Source: Guillardia theta CCMP2712
Taxonomy: Eukaryota; Protista; Cryptophyta
Direction: 5' to 3'
Length of the DNA stretch: 64,000 nt
Assembly (NCBI RefSeq): GCF_000315625.1
Contig: NW_005434651.1
Coordinates: 145,115 to 209,114 of the forward strand
A program made the translations under genes and the position numbers. The notes beneath the pieces are model-generated. The model did no database searches, had not been told where the DNA came from, and saw only the letters and a list, made by a program, of their open reading frames with translations. Of the stretch, positions 1 through 13,099 are shown piece after piece (position 1 is the first letter of the stretch; each line of letters starts with the position of its first letter).

Positions 1-78
1 CCTTCTCCTACCTCCCTCCCTCCCCCTCTCTTCATTGTCCTCATGTCCTTTCCTCCATCCTGCTGAATTCGCGCTCAG

Positions 79-1650
79 GAGCTGGAGAAAAGAATCGAGG
101 AGCTGGAACGAGCAGGTAAATCCTTCTCGCCCTTGCTTCACTTCTCACCCTCAGCCTCCTCCTCAGCCTCCTCCTCTCCCTCCAAGCAGCGTCACTTGAT
201 CTCCTCCCCATTCTTCGATGCTCTCCCACCCAACACAACGAGTGCGGAGGAAAACACCTCCCCGAGCTCCCAGCTGCACGCAAAGCGAGGCCTTCCTCTG
301 GACTGCGAGGTCTGCATCTGCCTTACTCCCCCTCCTCCTCCTTTCCCACCTCTCCCTTCCTCGTGTTTGCTCTGCCTCCCCCCTCTGATCCTCTGCAGTG
401 GCATACGCCAAAGGCAGCAGCAGCCAACAGGGTCCTGGACAAGCTGCGAGCAGGAGGAGGGGCAGCAGCAGCAGCAGCAGCAGAAGGTGTGGTGGGAGGT
501 TGCGATGTCTTCTGACTCGAGCAGTGTCGAGCCCAGGAGATGTCATCGTGACCAACCTTGATACAGGCGAGAAGATCCCTGGTGAGAAGCGGAGGAGGAG
601 GATGCGGGTGGGGGGAGGGGGGCGACGAGGAGGAGATGGGAGGGTTTAACTCCGACGAGCAGCAAAGCATGCATTGAAGCACATCCTCCCTGCTACTAAC
701 ATCGCGATCAAGAATTCAATCGTGAGCAGCTTCTTCACCCCCACCGCTCCGTCTACTCCCTCCTCCTCCATTACAGCCCCGCCCAACCCCATCCTTCTCT
801 CACTTCCTCTCACTTCCGCTGCCTCTCAGGGTTTTATGTCGGAGAAGCTGTCAAGAATCGCGTCTGCGAGTTCTACAAGAAACGTCGAGGTCGATCAAGT
901 TGCTTGTTGTTGTTTGTTATTAGATCTTGTTGCTTCTTGTTGCTGCAGCCGCCAGTGATAGTGATGATGATGATGATCATGCTGTTGTTATTGTTGTTGT
1001 TGACGACGACGATGACGATGATGATGGTTGTTGCCGCCATGTAGGAGACCAAGGCTCGAGCCCTGCGGCAGAAAGACGACCCTCTGTCTCCTCCTCGCAA
1101 GCGAGCGAAGCTGGACGGCACCAGCGAGCAGCAGCCATTCTCACCCAGCCCGGCCAGGAAGATCAGAGACATGTCGTCCGCCATGAGCCAAGAGAACATG
1201 GACCCCAACATCCTACTGGTGGAGCCTCCTGCCTCTGACTCCCCTCCTCTACAACTCCGCCCCCCCCCCCCTTCCTCCTCCTCCTCCTTCTCCACATCCC
1301 TCGACAAAGACATGCCTGACTGTTGCCGTCTCAGTCAAGCAAGAAGAAGAACACAGGGCTGCTCTTCTTTGACGGGCTGCCCAAGTGATCGACTTGTTCT
1401 TGCTGTCGTCTCCTGACCTCGTGGTGCAGGAGGAAATCAATGCATGTGGTGGAACAAGACCCTTCTCCCGAGGTCTGCTCCTCCCATGCTGAAGACAACA
1501 GCTCCAACAAGGGCCTCAGCAACATCCTGAAGCAGGCTAAGTGATCGTCCTCGCTCCTCTCCTCTACTTCTCGGCTCATCTGTCGACAGGAATACGCTGA
1601 GCGCGAACTTACTTGGGCTGGTCAAGCACAAGCAGAGCAGGGAGTCCATG
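79..1650 (+). CDS. 3' part of a spliced hypothetical protein (coiled-coil, low complexity); 5' end outside the window
   Basis: Short AG/GT-bounded exons (e.g. ELEKRIEELERA at 79-115; VIVTNLDTGEKIP near 540-581) separated by pyrimidine-rich introns. No recognisable domain. Confidence 0.4.
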
Positions 1651-2492
1651 TAGTGGGAGTGGAGACGATGGAGATGAAGCATTTGCAATGATTTCCCGTT
1701 TTTCTGTCAAGCTTGTTGACGTGTTTTGTGAGGAAAGTTGTACAACAAGAAAAATAGATGCATCGTTCGGGGAAGAATTGAGATGACGAATCCTTCAGAT
1801 GGAACAGTGATGAAGTTGATACGAACAATGAGCTGTGATGATGTCGGGATGACTCATGCTGTTCAACATCGTCCTCCTCCTCTTCGTCTCCTCCCTTCCC
1901 TTTCCCGGTCCTCCTCGTCCCCATGCATGTTTTATGCATGTTTCACTGTCGGGGAGTTGCGGTTTTGTAGTGGGGTACGGCTTTAAAGTGAGGGGGTACA
2001 ATCAACAGGGGTACTTATGAGGGTAGTATGACATATGAATACACCGGTAGTCATTGGAAGGTGCTCATGAAAAAGCAGGGTGGGTACAAAGAAAGGGGTG
2101 GTAGGGTGGTGCAAAGAGAAGACGCAATGCGCGTGATGCCTTTTATATCAGGCGGTGAGGGAGGGGGAGGAGGGACGGGGGGAGGAGGAGGAAGAGGAGG
2201 AGGAGGAGGAAGAGGAAAGACAGGAAGCGGGTTACATCATGTAGGCTGTCCATGAAAAAAGAGCAGCATGCTGTTGGGATCGTGTCATACAAGAAAGATG
2301 CTGAGAAGCCAAGGATGAAGGAGACGAAGGAGACAAGAAGGAGGCATGGAGATAGAATGGTGGAAGAACTGAAAAGAATTTGATCGAGATTTCTCAAGAA
2401 AGCTGACAAGAAAACTGCTGTCGACAGAAAGGAAAGTGCCTTCGACAGTATGAAGATGTGACAGGAAATCGTGACAGTCACCTCTTGCAAGC

Positions 2493-5400
2493 ATGGTGTT
2501 CTTTCCGTTTGCTGCGTTGAGGTGCGACACCTGACACTTGCTCTTCCTCTCTCCTCACGATATTTCCAGACAAACGCGCAAGTGCGTGTTCACCTTACTG
2601 TTCTTCCTTGTCCTCGCCACGTATCCTCCCACACAGTCATCTAGGAACGGATTGATCCAACGGAAACACGTATGCCGACCTCATGCCGAGTTTCGTCGTC
2701 GACATGGTTCCTGGGAGGAACTTGAAAGTCCTGCTGTCCAGCATTCGTCCTGTTCTCCTGCATGGCGAGCTCCCCTGTTGAAGCTGAGGGGAGGAGTAAG
2801 GCCTAGATCGGAGTCGAGCGGCAAGCGGGGGCGCAAACCTTTACCTAAGAAGAAGATGAGGTCGAATATGCGCATACCCTCATGCCAATCCGTCTCCTAC
2901 CTTCTCCCTCCCTATGCTTCCCAACCTCCAACTTTTCCTCTCCCTCTCCCTCTCCCTCTCCCTCTCCCTCTCCCTCTCTCCCTCCCTCCCCTTCCCTCCT
3001 TCTCTCCCTCTTCCCTGCTTCTCTCCCCCTTCCCCCCTCTCCTCTCTCCTCTTCCCCACGTCTTCTCTCCTCCTCGCTTCAGCCATGTTGACTCTGATCA
3101 AGGTATCGCGCTGGTTTTGACCCTCCTCGCATTTCGATCTCAGAAAGAGATCCCGAGCAGGTACGAGAAGCTGGCGACACCTGAAACATTGAAAAACTAC
3201 TCCAGAGAATGCGCGAGCTCGGGTTGGAAGCAGAGGGGCCTCACTTCAGTGCAAGATACAAGTAAGGGGAGGGGAGGGGAGGGGAGGGGAGGGGAGGGGA
3301 GGGGAGGGGTAAGGGGAACAGAAGGGAGAGGAGAGGAGAGGAAGTGAGGTTAAGGCGGGAGGGGAGAGGAGAGAAGGTGAATGCGATCTGCCTTGTGCTC
3401 TTGTTGCTATCTTTGTATTTTGTGGTTTGTCTCAGTTGACTGTACTATCCCATTATGTTCCTCACTATCTTTCCAGGACGACCGACTTTGCCCCCGATGC
3501 AGTTATAGGCAGAGATCTTCAATATGAATACTCTTGGATGAAGGTCCTCGGCGCTCCCTCCCTCCCTCCTTCTCCTCCCTCCCTCCCTCCCTCCCTCCCT
3601 CCCTCCCTCCCTCCCTCCCTCCCTCCCTCCCTCTCTCCCTCTTTTCACCTCCTTGTCGTCTCTCTGTCGTCTACCCCCTTCCTCCTCTTCCTGTCGTCTC
3701 CTTTAGTCTCTCCTGCTGCTTTCTCAATCACGATCTTCAGGGGCATCTGTTGTTCCATCCCGACACCATGGAGCCTTTCAACTTCCATCGTTTCTTCCTC
3801 GATGACCCCAACGATCCCTTCCAAGCCGTGCGCGTCGACCCAAGGGACATGGACGACGCGGTGAGGGTCGATTGCAACTAGACTGCCATCCCTCCCTTGT
3901 GTGGAGCTGTTGGCTGTCCTGTTGTCTCGGGGATGGTGCGCGTGATATCTGCCTGACATGCTCGTCACAGATGCGAGAGAGAATGAAGAATCCTCACCTG
4001 TACATCCAAGGGATTCGCGACAAAGTCGATGAGTACTTCTACTTGAAGAGGACGAGGATCGAGGCCATGCAGGTCGCTGTGGAGCAGCTGACGAGCGCGC
4101 ACAATCGGAATCAGCAGCAGCTGAAGCGCTTTCAAACCCCCGTCAGGTTCTTCGTGAACTCCTCGCAGTCTCTCCCTCAGACCATCTCCATGTGCACAAA
4201 ACCCTCCATCGGAAGAGACCTCGCTTCAACCGCAGGCGATGCCCATTCTCCTCCTCCTCCTCCCGTCTCCATCATCTTCGATCACGGTTGGCACGCGTGG
4301 CCTTCCATCAACAGCAAGCAGCTGCTCTGCATCCCCAACGGCACCCTCCACCTCCTCGGAGCCGGCGATGCGCCATGGCTGTCCCCCGTGCAAGACAGGG
4401 AGGGGGAGGAGAGCACAGCGCATGAGGACTCCGTGCACAAGGGAAGGAAGGCAACGACTCTCTTTGGCAGCCTGTGGATGGACGAGGATAGCAGGGGAAC
4501 TTGCTGCAAGCTGAAGCTGCTGCAGAACCACACCAGAGACCGGCGGTCGTTTGCTCTGAAAGCCTACGAGTACTTGTTGGAGGAGGAAAACCAAGAGGAG
4601 TGGGAGGGGGTGCAGGAGGGGATCGAAGACATGGACCCTTTCGACGATCCTTTCGCATGTGTGGCTGTGTTCGGAGACTGGAACTTTTCTTTCTGCGATC
4701 TGCGAGGAGGATACGATCATGTGATGAGCTTGAGAGAATCCGGAAGTGTCAACGTGTCTTATTGTTACTTCAACAACCTCCCACAGGTGATGACTGACAG
4801 TTGGTCTTGCAAGCTTCCTCTCACCTCAGCCCTTTCATTCGTGTCTCAGCTCTCCAGTTTTCTCCTCCTCCTCTCCCCTCTCCTCCTCTCCTCTCTGGGC
4901 CTTCCACCCCCCCCCCCCCCCACACCCCGCCCCGCCCTCCTTTCTGCCATGTTCTTCGCCTTCTGCCCCTTTCTTCATTCCCCTGCTCCTCCTCTCCCTT
5001 TCTCTTCTCCCTTTTCCTTCCCCTCTCCTGGTGTAATCTTTCCGCTCCCTCCTCATCATTGACATCAGGACGGAGACCGTGACCCTGTCAAGCATCCCTT
5101 GCACCAGATGTATGACGTCGTCAACAACCGCACGCTCCCCTTCCACGGGGCCCCGCCGGACATGACGGGCATCGTTTGCTACCATCGCTCTCTGGCCCGG
5201 GCTGAGGGCTGCGTCTTCGGGGACCTGCTATGGTGCGGCATGAGAGCCATCGACGAGTCTCGCATGGTTGCCGAAGGTGACGTCAGCACGCAGTCAAGAG
5301 CTTGTTTGTGATCCGAATGGTGTTTGATGGCGCGCGCGATGGAATGTGAAAGAGACGTTAGAGTTGAGATGTTTCTGCTTGCTGCTGTCTTGTACCTCTC

Positions 5401-5662
5401 GTCTTGTCTCCCAGACTATTTTTCTCATGTGTCATATTCATTATGATTCTGCTCCGTATCCTCCTGCTTCTTCTCTTTCATCGTTGATCATTCCTTCAGG
5501 ATGCGTCTTCGCTACGTTCCAGACGGGGATGAATTTCAGGGACGATTCTCGTTCCTACGCCAGGGCATGTCAGTTCAACACGTCGGTCGCAGCTCTATTC
5601 GTCGAGCATCGATCATCCCTCCTTGCTGTTGAATGCAACATCAACCAGGTCAACTGTCATCG

Positions 5663-5718
<56 letters not shown>

Positions 5719-7080
5719 CCCTTCCGCTTCTATCCCTCGAGCTCCTGTTCCTTCCCTGTCCGCTCTTCATGCTGCTGATCAACCTACCCTTCCCACTACT
5801 CCTCCTGCTCCTGCTCCTATTGATCTGCCTTCTTCCGATTCTCCTCATTTTTCCCTTCCCCGCATCCTCCTCTGCATTTGTCTCTGATCAGCCCTTATCA
5901 GGCTGTGTTCGGCCTGATGCTTCTCGGCAACTCAACTTCCGTCATCAAGAGCAGCACCTTCTACAACTGCACCGACGGAGTTTTCTTTAGCATCGGCGAA
6001 CCAACCTTCCAGGTTGGAGCTGTGGGAAGAGCAAATGCACCAGAGTCCGGGGGTTGAGGGAAGAGGGGAGCAGGGAGCAGGGAGCAGGGAGCAGGGAGCA
6101 GGAGGAACACGATTACAGCTAAATTGCTCACTCTCTCGCAGAAAGCTCAACTCGAGGACAACCATGTCGTCTGCTTTCCCAACGAGGAGAGGGAGTGCGG
6201 CTATACCTGGCTGAGCTTGCAGGTGAAGTCAAGAGGGGAAGACGAAAATTAGGGAAAGGAAAGGAGAGAGATGGAAGGGAGAAAGGAGGGAGGGAGGGGG
6301 AGGGAAGGAAAGAAAGGTAGTGGGGAGGAGGCAGGGAGGGGGAGGGAAGGGACAACATATGAGAAGGGGATGAGGAGGGAGGAAGGAGGAGGATGGAACA
6401 GACGTTTTGAGAGTGAGCTTGCAGAGGCCCAAGACGCTTGTTGAGAGGAATAACACAGTCATCAACGATCCCTACTACCCGGTACTGAAACGCTCTTCTC
6501 CTCCTCCCCTCTCACTTCGATGGTGCAGGGTACCTCTGACATCGCCGCGAAATACGACATGGTGGAAGCTTTTCTCAGCCCTGCCCTCTCCTCTCCCTTT
6601 CTGCTTCATCCCTCCCTCCCTCCCTCCCTCCCTCCCTCCCTCCTCCAGCCTCTCTCCTTCTTCCCCTGCCTTGAAACTTCTGACGCTGCTTCTTCTAACT
6701 TGTCAGTTCCCCAACGTAAGTGGCGTGCTGGGCCCAGAAGAGTTCGGCCAGCTGCTGGACTGGTTCGACAACGAGCTCGAAGACGATGCTACCCCCGAGC
6801 AAGACACGTCTGCCACGTGCGCTGCCCTCCAATTCAACCCCTTCCATCTCCTGCCCTCCTCTCCCAACCTCGCACCGCCTCCGTCGTCCTAACCCTCCGC
6901 TGCAGCCTCTCCCGCATCATGGATCTGGATAGGAGGCTGGCCACCATCGACAGACTGGCGAAGTGGAAGCGGAAGGTGAGTCACTGGGATCTTTCCGCTG
7001 CTGCGCTGACTCTTGCACTGAAGGGGTTGCGCACGACCAAGACGGAGAGGTTTCAAAGGAGTCAGCTGGTGAGAGACTGA
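2493..7080 (+). CDS. Multi-exon protein with signal-peptide-like N-terminus, LKLRGG motif and a parallel beta-helix (pectin-lyase-fold-like) region
   Basis: Hydrophobic N-terminus LLFFLVLATYPP followed by PLLKLRGG. Exons at about 4650-5650 show periodic beta-helix-like repeats (FSFCDLRGG, VSYCYFNN, AEGCVFGD, GCVFATFQTG, ARACQFN, AVECNIN). Microsatellite-rich introns. Confidence 0.55.
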
Positions 7081-7160
7081 GCGATCGTCTTCAACAAGTG
7101 ACCTTGGATGCAGATGGCAAACAGCGGCCTTGATAGGGTAGCTGTAGACATATGATGACT

Positions 7161-7220
7161 TCAGATTGGAACCATCAGATTGGAACCATCAGATTGGAAT
7201 CATCAGATTGGAATCATCAG
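7161..7220. repeat. 14-bp tandem repeat TCAGATTGGAA(C/T)CA x4
   Basis: Read directly from the sequence. Confidence 0.9.
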
Positions 7221-8110
7221 TGTCCTGATCGGTTCGATTCACTATCCCAACCTCATCCTTTTTACCCTCATTGTATCGCTATTCCTTCATCCTAGTATAC
7301 CACAGCACAAGCCATCCTATCCTCCCCACATTGCCCCGCCCCGCCCTCCCCTAACACCACAGCCCCTCCTCCTCCTCAAACTGCGAAAGAGGAAGGAGTC
7401 ACTGGACTCAAGTCGTCACCGCATGTTCCTTACCGAGCATTCCAAGCTGTCGGGGAGCTCGTACTTGGAGTCCAGCAGCGGGACCGTCACCTCCCGCGGG
7501 CCCTTGGGCGATCGAATCTTAACACTCTGAAGGAGCATAATCAGTGACCATGGAATGATCACAAGTAAGGAGGATCAGAAATACTAGGAAGAAGAAGGAA
7601 AAAGAATGTATCACAGGAGGAAGACGGCAAAGAACCAGAAACAGTAGGAGGATCAGTGACAATACGAGGTTCAATTACAGGAGAAACTGCAACAATAGGA
7701 GAATACGTGACAATGGCAGGAGTAACAAGAGGGTCTCAATGACAGCAGAAGAATCAAGGAAATGGGAGAATTGGGAATAACGAGCAGCACCGAAACTTTG
7801 TATGAGATTTCACACTGATCCTTCACGGAAGCGAAGGGAACTATCGTCTGCCAATGTTCCATCAGCCCCTGCAAGAGAGAAGGAAGGACAAGGAGAGAGA
7901 TAGAGTTTCAACTCATCGCAACAAACCCATACCCATGACCCCATCTCAACAAGACATTTCTACTCTCTCTCATTACAGCTACATGATGAGATAAACTCGA
8001 CATGAAGTAGCAATGAAACAACCTCGATCGGCACTAATCTTCTTCTCCACGACGCTAGATCATGTCCACACATCTGGAAAGCAGAGAAAGTCATGAACAA
8101 TCCTGGAGGA

Positions 8111-8557
8111 TCACTCGCGTTTGGGCGGCACCTGACACAGACCGTTCGTCATGCTGCCCTCGGAGCCACAGGCAAGACAATCGCGGGTCAAGTTGGGCCG
8201 GAGGATATCAGGGCGTCTCAAAGACTTCTCGAAGATGACCTTCGACTTTCTCATGCTCAAGTGCTTGTCAGCCGCGGGAGGAAACAGCTCCGTCGGGGAA
8301 AACAAGGCAATCTTCCTCTGACCCTCTTCCAAAAAGCTAGCCATCCCTTGCATCACCGTCTGAATCGCACCAGGAGGATGCAATTCGCCTCCGGTTGCAA
8401 CCTCAGCATCCACCCGCTCACTGTGGTCGTACAGAGAGGTCTTGAATGCGGGTCTCTCCGGTAACAGCCGATACCCCTGCTTGAAGAGCGACTCCCTCTC
8501 CTTCGCTAGCTCTTCTTGATTGCACCAATTCACCATCGCACCACAGCTCGCATGCAA
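8111..8557 (-). CDS. Exon of a hypothetical protein (gene probably continues towards about 7350)
   Basis: 148-aa ORF of ordinary composition with a CxxC near its end. No domain recognised. Confidence 0.3.
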   Translation of the reverse strand: MHASCGAMVNWCNQEELAKERESLFKQGYRLLPERPAFKTSLYDHSERVDAEVATGGELHPPGAIQTVMQGMASFLEEGQRKIALFSPTELFPPAADKHLSMRKSKVIFEKSLRRPDILRPNLTRDCLACGSEGSMTNGLCQVPPKRE

Positions 8558-10589
8558 ACCCCGACCCCTCCCTCCTTCACCACCTTTCTTGCGTTCCTTT
8601 CTCCCTCAATGCCACCGTCTCCTGCGGGCAGTTCCGCCCGATCCCCGATCTGCTGGTCAAGTTTTGTTCCTTCTTGCCTGGTCAAAATTTGCTTTTTTGT
8701 TCGCTTCTGATGCTGTCTCTGCTCAGCTCCTACCAATCTCTTCCCATCTACCTCGCATATTCTCCTCCTCCTCCTTTGCTATCACCTTTGCTGTCCCGAT
8801 GGGCAATCTTCACTCGGAGCGTTCCCCTCTTGCTCTCGTTTCGCCCATTCCATTCTTCACTTGGCGTTACTCGTTCATCATCGTACCCCCTACTATATCA
8901 ACTTCAAGGATTACTATCGTTAAAAATCCACTTCCTATCTAGACTATGTACCGGTACTTTCAAGTACCCCTACCTATCCATATGAATCCATTTCCGCCAA
9001 CTTTACAAGAAAAAGAAGTTCTCGGGTACCACAAAAGAAATCAATGAGGGTAGGGGTTATTTTCTAGGGGTACAGGACAAGATTTTGTGGACGATGCAGC
9101 GATAAAGACGGGTGATAGATGGTCAAATGTAGGGTACAAATTGATTACATGGATCTGAAAACAGGTAGGGTACTGGATGAAGGGGTAGCCGAAATTCTGA
9201 GTGGCTTCGACATCAGGGGTGGGTAAATTGAAAGGGTGGGTACAGGTACTCCGTTACCCACCATCTTTATTAATATTTCATGTTTCAAGCACCGGTACTC
9301 TATCCAAAAGTACCCCAGGGTATCATAATTATGACCCACCCACTCCCGTCACATTTTTACCATGTATCTATCGACCCAGCCCCTCACCACCTCACTACCC
9401 CTGCCATATTTTCATACCCCTACCTGACGAACCTTACTATGTGCAATGTGGCAAGATCATATGTAGAGTCATATTGAAAAGAACCTATGGTCCCAAAAAG
9501 CCTCACCCCTACCCACCTTCATGATAGAATTTTGTACAAATACCCCATGAAGAAATTCTACTACCCCTCTATTTCTCGGTCGTCACTGAAACCAGCCTGT
9601 AAAACTTCTTTTATTTTTACAGTACTACCTTTTCAGGTAAGTTTTTCCAATCGTTTCGATTTTTATTGAATTTTCCCATACAAATCGTTTACTCAAAGAA
9701 CTTTGGTACATTTTTACAGTAGAGATTTTAAGCCTATTATTCACTCGGCACAAGTTGTACTAAGTCGGCGCCGCTTGACTGTTCACTGAGCCAGTGACCG
9801 GACCGTACCGGCGGCCGCTTCCCGGCGCCCGGGTCCCACGTTGCCGGACTCTCAGTGCTGGTCAGCCGCTCAGCCGTGAGTGGCCGGGCATTGAACCCGG
9901 CGTACGGTCAAGTTGGGTCAGCCGCTTCCGAAGTTCCGAGCCTTGGAGTGGAGTCCAGCCGCTGAGTGCCGCAGTGCCCGAGTCAGCCGGGCCCGCCCGG
10001 ACACGGAGTGTCACACGGCACGGTCGGTCGGTCGGATCGGACGGTCCAGGATCGGACCCAGGGCCGATGATCGCCGTGAGATCATCCGATCCGACACAGA
10101 GTCGGATCGGACCGTTCAACGGTTCAACCGTCGTTCAGACTCGGAGCCGCGCGCACTCAGCGGCAGTACTACCGTACCAGCAACGGTTTGAGTAATAATA
10201 ATGAACGATCGGCTGAGTGGATGCACCCTTACACAGACATAACGGATTCAACATCCGGCAGGGAGGGAGGCAAAAGTTTGTACTAGCCTAGTAGTGCTCG
10301 AAAGGTTTCGTGTTGAGGCCACTTCCGAGCGCCGTACCCCGTTGTGATGGCCGATTACGTTAAACCCATCTGACCAATTGCCGCAGACTCCACCCCGTGA
10401 CCCCCCACCCCACTCTTTCCTTACAAAAGTACCCCCCTTTGTAAAGTCTAATTCCGTGGCAACCATGTGACAGGCAGGAGGTTGGATATGAAACGTTGCG
10501 ATTTTAGAACTCTTCAAATCTGACGGCTACGTGCCTCATGATATATCATCAAACAGGCTAACTCCCCTCAGGACTATGAATAGCACCAA

Positions 10590-11167
10590 ATGAAAGGCAG
10601 CAATATTCTATTATGCCTTGTGTCACTGCCGCAATTCTGTAAAGGACATTCGTTTGCCCCTTCATGTCGCATGGGAGGTGGTGTCCGAGATCACGAGGGA
10701 ACAATCACCCGGTATCTCTATAAAGACCGTCCCCTCCTCTGCCCCTTCTGCCTTCTGGTTTCCTTTAAAAAGCACGTCCTTCTCCCACCCAGCACCGTCA
10801 CTGTCTTCTTCTTCTGTTTCCATTCTTCCCCTCTTATCTGGATCCACTCTAGCTGCATTCTTGGTGGCTCCTTGTTTCCTCCCTCACATCCTCTATGCCT
10901 GCTTCTAATCCACCTCAGCCCGCACAGACATGTTTCTTTCTCCGAGCTTCTCGTACTCATCCTTCCTGCAACAAGCTTCCAAAGACTTTGCCTCTCATTC
11001 AGTCCGACACCACGCCCAGCCGTCTTCCAACAGTCTCGTCCGGCCTTGAAAGACCCGTGTCTCCCCTTAGCCGCGCCAAGCAGCTCGCAGCCCTCAAGTC
11101 AAGCATCGCCATGATCAAGGAGCACAGGAAGATCAAGGACGCATGGGGACTAGAGCAGGAGCTGTGA
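10590..11167 (+). CDS. Small spliced gene, copy 1 of a tandem duplicated pair
   Basis: 3' end encodes SRAKQLAALKSSIAMIKEHRKIKDAWGLEQEL*. 5' part is similar to copy 2. Confidence 0.4.
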
Positions 11168-12663
11168 GGGCAGCCCTGGCGAGGAAGGGTCAGGAAGGTG
11201 GGGGTAGAGGGACCCCATACCGTGCGTGTAATATAGCTTGTTTGCAGGGATGTAGACTACTGATGATCTATGTGGTGGGTGTCAATAAACTTGTCGAAGA
11301 TGATACTGATAGTTGCTTGCACACCATTCTTGTGTACTTCCATGTTTCCCCTAAGCAATGAGTGACTGAACGTCATGCCTCAATGGCGCTCAGCTGGCTG
11401 TCAGCGATGCTGTCATACGGGAGGTCAGGCGATCGTCCATCGCATTGCAAATGAGATCGTCATCCTTTTCATCAACTCAATTCTGATTCTTTTCTTCATT
11501 CTCTCTCACAAATACATGGGAGACTGATAGGTAATGACAAGCATTCGTAGCTTTCAAGCATAAGGTTTTGCTGAGTGATTGAACTTCTGCTAGTATACAA
11601 ACTGTACTAGGCTCGATCACATCCTTGCACAGACGATAGAGTTCACCAAGACTTTATTCAGTGCTCTCAGACACCTCAGTGTTGACAACACCAAGTTGTG
11701 TGACCCAGTCAACACTCAAAGAGAGACTTAATGTATAATTATACACTCCTGAGCAGAATCTGGATACCCATACTCGAAGCGGCAGACTCGGACTTCACGG
11801 TGACCGTCAGCGTTGACCGTACTACGGTACGTCGCAGCCTTTACTCTACCTTACGGCCTGTGCGGCAGAGTCAGAGTCAAGCCTCCTCGACTCTCCTAAT
11901 TGTCTTCGTACTGATTTGTAACTTCACTTACTTGCAGTTCAGAGGATGGTGCCCGGACTGACGGACAGCCGCGTGACTCGGATGATTCTGATTCACTCGA
12001 CAACATGAGTAGTGCGTCGAGGGCGAGTAAAAGTATGATATTCGTGATGGACCAAAAGGTTTTAATTGAAACCAAACCATTCCTTCCTCGTGACCGGCGA
12101 TCGTCACTGGCCGTGATTGAGAGAAAGAGTCAAATTCCCCTCAGAGACATTCCCGTATCCATCATGAAGGCAGCATCTTCATGCTTACCCGTAACTCTCG
12201 CTGCCTCTCAATTAGTCTTATCGTTTTAGGAGGTGGGGGCCGGGATCACGAGGCAACGTTTCTTGTGGCAAAGTCATACTGTACAAGTCATACTGTTCCC
12301 GGTACACCCCAATCCTCCTCGCCTGCAGTCCCGGTGTGCCGTCGCTCCCGTCCTGCCCGTCTGACCCCCCCCCCCCCTGCTGCTCACTCGATATCTCTGC
12401 CTCCTTGACAGCTCTGAGCTGGTTGTTCCGCACGCCATGCTCGATGTGCCTCCTCTATCTCGGCCGCCCGTTTCCTCGGGAACCAACACCATCAGACTCC
12501 CCTCGCAACGATCAGTGTCTCCTCTTAGCCGCGCCAAGCAGCTCGCAGCCCTCAAGTCAAGCATCGCCATGATCAAGGAGCACAGGAAGATCACGGACGC
12601 ATGGGGACTAGAGCAGGAGCTGTGAGGGCAGCCCTGGCGAGGAAGGGTCAGGAAGGTGGGGGT
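11057..12663 (+). repeat. Direct repeat 11057-11205 / 12515-12663 (about 149 bp, 2 mismatches by eye)
   Basis: Direct sequence comparison; weaker similarity extends on both sides. Confidence 0.9.
12164..12626 (+). CDS. Small spliced gene, copy 2 of the tandem duplicated pair
   Basis: 3' end encodes SRAKQLAALKSSIAMIKEHRKITDAWGLEQEL*. The ATGAAGGCAGCA and GGAGGTGG..GATCACGAGG segments match copy 1. Confidence 0.4.
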
Positions 12664-13099
12664 GCGGGAACACCCTGGCCTCAGGTATAGAATGCACGGA
12701 TAGCTTGTAAGCAGGGATGTAGACTAATGACGATCTTGATGTTGATGTTGCTTTTATCCTGCGAGGAAGCAGGAGAGAGGAAGGGTGTGTAAGGGTGCAA
12801 GTAGGAGAAAGATCAATAAAACTTGTGTGCTCGTACAACCGCAGGGCTGTCGCTTATATTATTTCTCCTCTCATTGTCCCTCAGCTGACTGGACCGCGTT
12901 CGAGGGCTGGTGAGACGACTTGGCGGTTGACGAGTCGCCGTAGTGCTTCTCTCGGATGGCTGAGGAGGGAACGTGTCACAGCAAGACGAGAAGCCGATAT
13001 AGTGAAGGAAGCAGCAACAGAGGAGGAAGAGACCAGTAGATCATTCCCGTGCGAGGAAGGCAGAGAAAGGCTCATCAAGGCTCACCTTCTAGCCAGCCG

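Noticed and set aside
7161-7220. Short repeat array as a possible CRISPR
   Set aside because: Contiguous 14-bp tandem units with no spacers and no cas genes, in a eukaryotic context.
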